From positions 64,001-128,000 of the forward strand of contig CAWHAE010000019.1 of the NCBI GenBank assembly GCA_963827235.1: a stretch of DNA of 64,000 nucleotides. The letters run 5' to 3'. Below, piece after piece: positions 61,959 through 64,000 of this stretch. The DNA comes from an uncultured bacterium. GTDB lineage: Bacteria; Chloroflexota; UBA5177; JANWHV01. How positions within the stretch are numbered: position 1 is the stretch's first letter; every line of letters starts with the position of its first letter. A program made the translations under genes and the position numbers. Under the pieces are notes generated by a model, which was not told the origin of the DNA, searched no databases, and saw only the letters and a program-made list of their open reading frames with translations.

Positions 61959-62418
61959 GATCGGGGTGCTGGAACGCGAAGTGCGCATCGCCGCTCGGCC
62001 GGAAACCATCTTCCCATTCCTGGTCGATCCGGACAAGATGGTGCGATGGCAGGGCATCAGCGCCACGCTCGACCCGCGACCTGGAGGCACGTACTGCTGC
62101 AACATCACCGGCCGAGACATCGCGCGTGGCGAGTTTGTCGCTGTGGAGCCGCCACGCCGTGTCGTGTATACGTTCGGCTGGGAGGGAGAGGGCGAGCTCG
62201 TGCCGCCTGGCTCGTCGACGGTAGAGATCACCTTGACTGCCGACGGAGACGGCACCATTCTCCGGCTTCGGCACTCCGGCCTGCCGGCCGAGGCGCAGGC
62301 CTCTCACGGCGAGGGCTGGAGCCACTATCTCGATCGCCTCGCCGCAATCAGCGAGGGAAACGACCCGGGGGCAGATTCCTGGGCAGCCGACCAGGCTGCC
62401 GAAATCGAGCCCAAGTAG
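61942..62418 (+). CDS. SRPBCC/AHSA1 domain protein
   Basis: IAARPETIF..LVDP, DPRPGG, PPRRVVYTFGW, LRHSGL, GWSHYL; GTG start after AGGAGG. Confidence 0.92.
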   Translation: MPTSAEIGVLEREVRIAARPETIFPFLVDPDKMVRWQGISATLDPRPGGTYCCNITGRDIARGEFVAVEPPRRVVYTFGWEGEGELVPPGSSTVEITLTADGDGTILRLRHSGLPAEAQASHGEGWSHYLDRLAAISEGNDPGADSWAADQAAEIEPK

Positions 62419-62610
62419 TCTGTCTACAGCCAACCGTTACGGTTCGTTGCGGCGCGGCACCGCGGTGTCACGGCAGCACGCGTACAGTCTGATGTCGCGT
62501 ACACGTGAGCATTCTTGGTTGGCAGGGCCCCTGGCACCGCGCGCCCTAAACTCGAACGTCCATGACTGCACGATGTATATCGTCGTGCCTGCGTTTGGAA
62601 GGAAATCGCG

Positions 62611-62931
62611 ATGGCAAAGTTCGTTCTGATCTACACCGGCGGTAGCATGCCCGAGTCCGATTCCGGCCGGGCCACGATGATGAAGGCCTGGGAGACGTGG
62701 TTCGGTGGTCTGGGAGCCGCCGTGGCGGACACGGGCAATCCGTTCACAGCCGCGGCCAAGACCGTTGCCGGCAACGGCCGGGTAAGCGACGGCCCAGTCG
62801 GCACGGCGGCCACAGGCTACACAATCCTCCAGGCCGATTCGCTCGACGCGGCAGTTGGGATGGCCAAAGGCTGTCCGGTGTTGCAAGGCGGCGCTCAGAT
62901 CTCCGTGTACGAGATCTCCCCGGTGATGTAG
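62611..62931 (+). CDS. YCII-related protein
   Basis: MAKFVLIY, W..WF, VSDGP, GYTILQADSLDAA..AKGCP. Confidence 0.85.
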   Translation: MAKFVLIYTGGSMPESDSGRATMMKAWETWFGGLGAAVADTGNPFTAAAKTVAGNGRVSDGPVGTAATGYTILQADSLDAAVGMAKGCPVLQGGAQISVYEISPVM

Positions 62932-63011
62932 CCGGCGACAGGCCGCGGACGCTGCCGGCGTTTCGTCCGGCCAAGGGCATGTGGTGGCTCGGCGAAGACG
63001 CCGGGCCACTG

Positions 63012-64000
63012 CTAGCCGAGCAGCGCCTCGGAGCCGCAGGCAACCGGATGGGCATTCGTCACCGGCGCGGTCGAGCTACCTGCCAGTCGCGCCTGGTTCC
63101 GGCCTTTCTGTTTGGCGGCATACATGGCGTGGTCGGCTGCCTCTATCAGGTCCTGTCGCGTCTGAGCGTGTTCCGGGAAGCTGGCCACACCGATCGAGCA
63201 GGTTATGTGCCATCCACACGAGGCGCCGAACTCGTGGGCTTCCACCGACGATCGGATGGCCTCCGCAGCAGCCAGCGCCGATGCGCCGTCGCTTTCGGGC
63301 AGCACCACCAGGAACTCCTCGCCACCCCAACGACCCAGGACGTCGGCGGCACGAATATGCCTGGCAACGTGCTGGGCAAAAGCGCGGAGCGCCGAATCCC
63401 CCGTCGAGTGGCCGTACGTGTCGTTGAGCACTTTGAAGTGATCGATGTCCAGGAAGAGCACGGCACATGGATGCTCGTAGCGTAGGCTGCGCGCTATCTC
63501 GCGGTCCAGGAGCTCGATGAGCATGCGGTGGTTCGGCTGTCCGGTGAGCGGATCGGTCGTCGCCATCTTCATCAGCTGCCCGTTCGCAGCGTTGAGCATT
63601 CGAAGTAGCCGAAAGGCCAGCAGTCCCACGAGCAGGACCGCCGCGGCCATGCTGACCGCGATCGTGATCATGGCGCTCGACCTGGCCGAGTCGCTGCTGG
63701 CCCGGGCATCCGCTTCCAGACCGGACAATGCAGAGGAAAGCTCGTGCATGGTCTGCTGATAGGTGGCCATGTCTCGATTCCAGGTCACCTGTTCCGCAGG
63801 GACTGGTGGTTGGGTGGAAGCACCGCGGCTGGCGGACCGGTCGCGCGCCGGTTTCCCTGAGTCGGCTGTTGTCACGGCGCGATGCACGAGAGTATCCAAC
63901 GCCTCCACGGCGGGCTGTACTCGCTTGCTCAGGACGTCTCGCACCTGCGGAAACGTGGCGTCGTGTGTGGCGAGCTTCGTATAGTCTGCTGAGAGCTGGC
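63012..64000 (-). CDS. Membrane-bound diguanylate cyclase (GGDEF), 5' part possibly outside the window
   Basis: TM helix, TDPLTG, DIDHFK..NDTYGH..GD, RAAD I-site, GGEEF, KQKGRN. Confidence 0.93.
   Translation of the reverse strand, partial: QLSADYTKLATHDATFPQVRDVLSKRVQPAVEALDTLVHRAVTTADSGKPARDRSASRGASTQPPVPAEQVTWNRDMATYQQTMHELSSALSGLEADARASSDSARSSAMITIAVSMAAAVLLVGLLAFRLLRMLNAANGQLMKMATTDPLTGQPNHRMLIELLDREIARSLRYEHPCAVLFLDIDHFKVLNDTYGHSTGDSALRAFAQHVARHIRAADVLGRWGGEEFLVVLPESDGASALAAAEAIRSSVEAHEFGASCGWHITCSIGVASFPEHAQTRQDLIEAADHAMYAAKQKGRNQARLAGSSTAPVTNAHPVACGSEALLG

Overview
GC-rich bacterial chromosomal window, probably Chloroflexota. This is inferred from the rsmD-coaD-orf-yceD-rpmF-fabD-accC-asp23-nusB-acpP block and a Chloroflexi-type C-terminal repeat on the DD-carboxypeptidase. 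About 50 genes are present. An accessory region (~0.5-11.1 kb) holds an XRE regulator, orphan proteins and a stand-alone NRPS with its own Sfp-type PPTase. The NRPS has a half C domain, an A domain lacking the amino-binding Asp, and a Cys-nucleophile TE. Then come a nucleotidyltransferase/phosphomutase fusion, amylosucrase and LacI, a decayed REC-PilZ gene, and two orphan histidine kinases, one a beta-propeller/Y_Y_Y sensor with no membrane anchor. The rest comprises groESL with two variant CIRCE boxes, a LIV ABC transporter, a Ser/Thr kinase, uppP, pdxST/pdxR, a two-methyltransferase plus corrinoid protein module, lipid/CoA housekeeping genes (two apparently starting at CTG and ATC), a MaoC pair, ArsR-SRPBCC, YCII and a partial GGDEF gene. 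I recognised no rRNA, tRNA, CRISPR array or transposase. All calls come from reading motifs by eye; no database searches were run.
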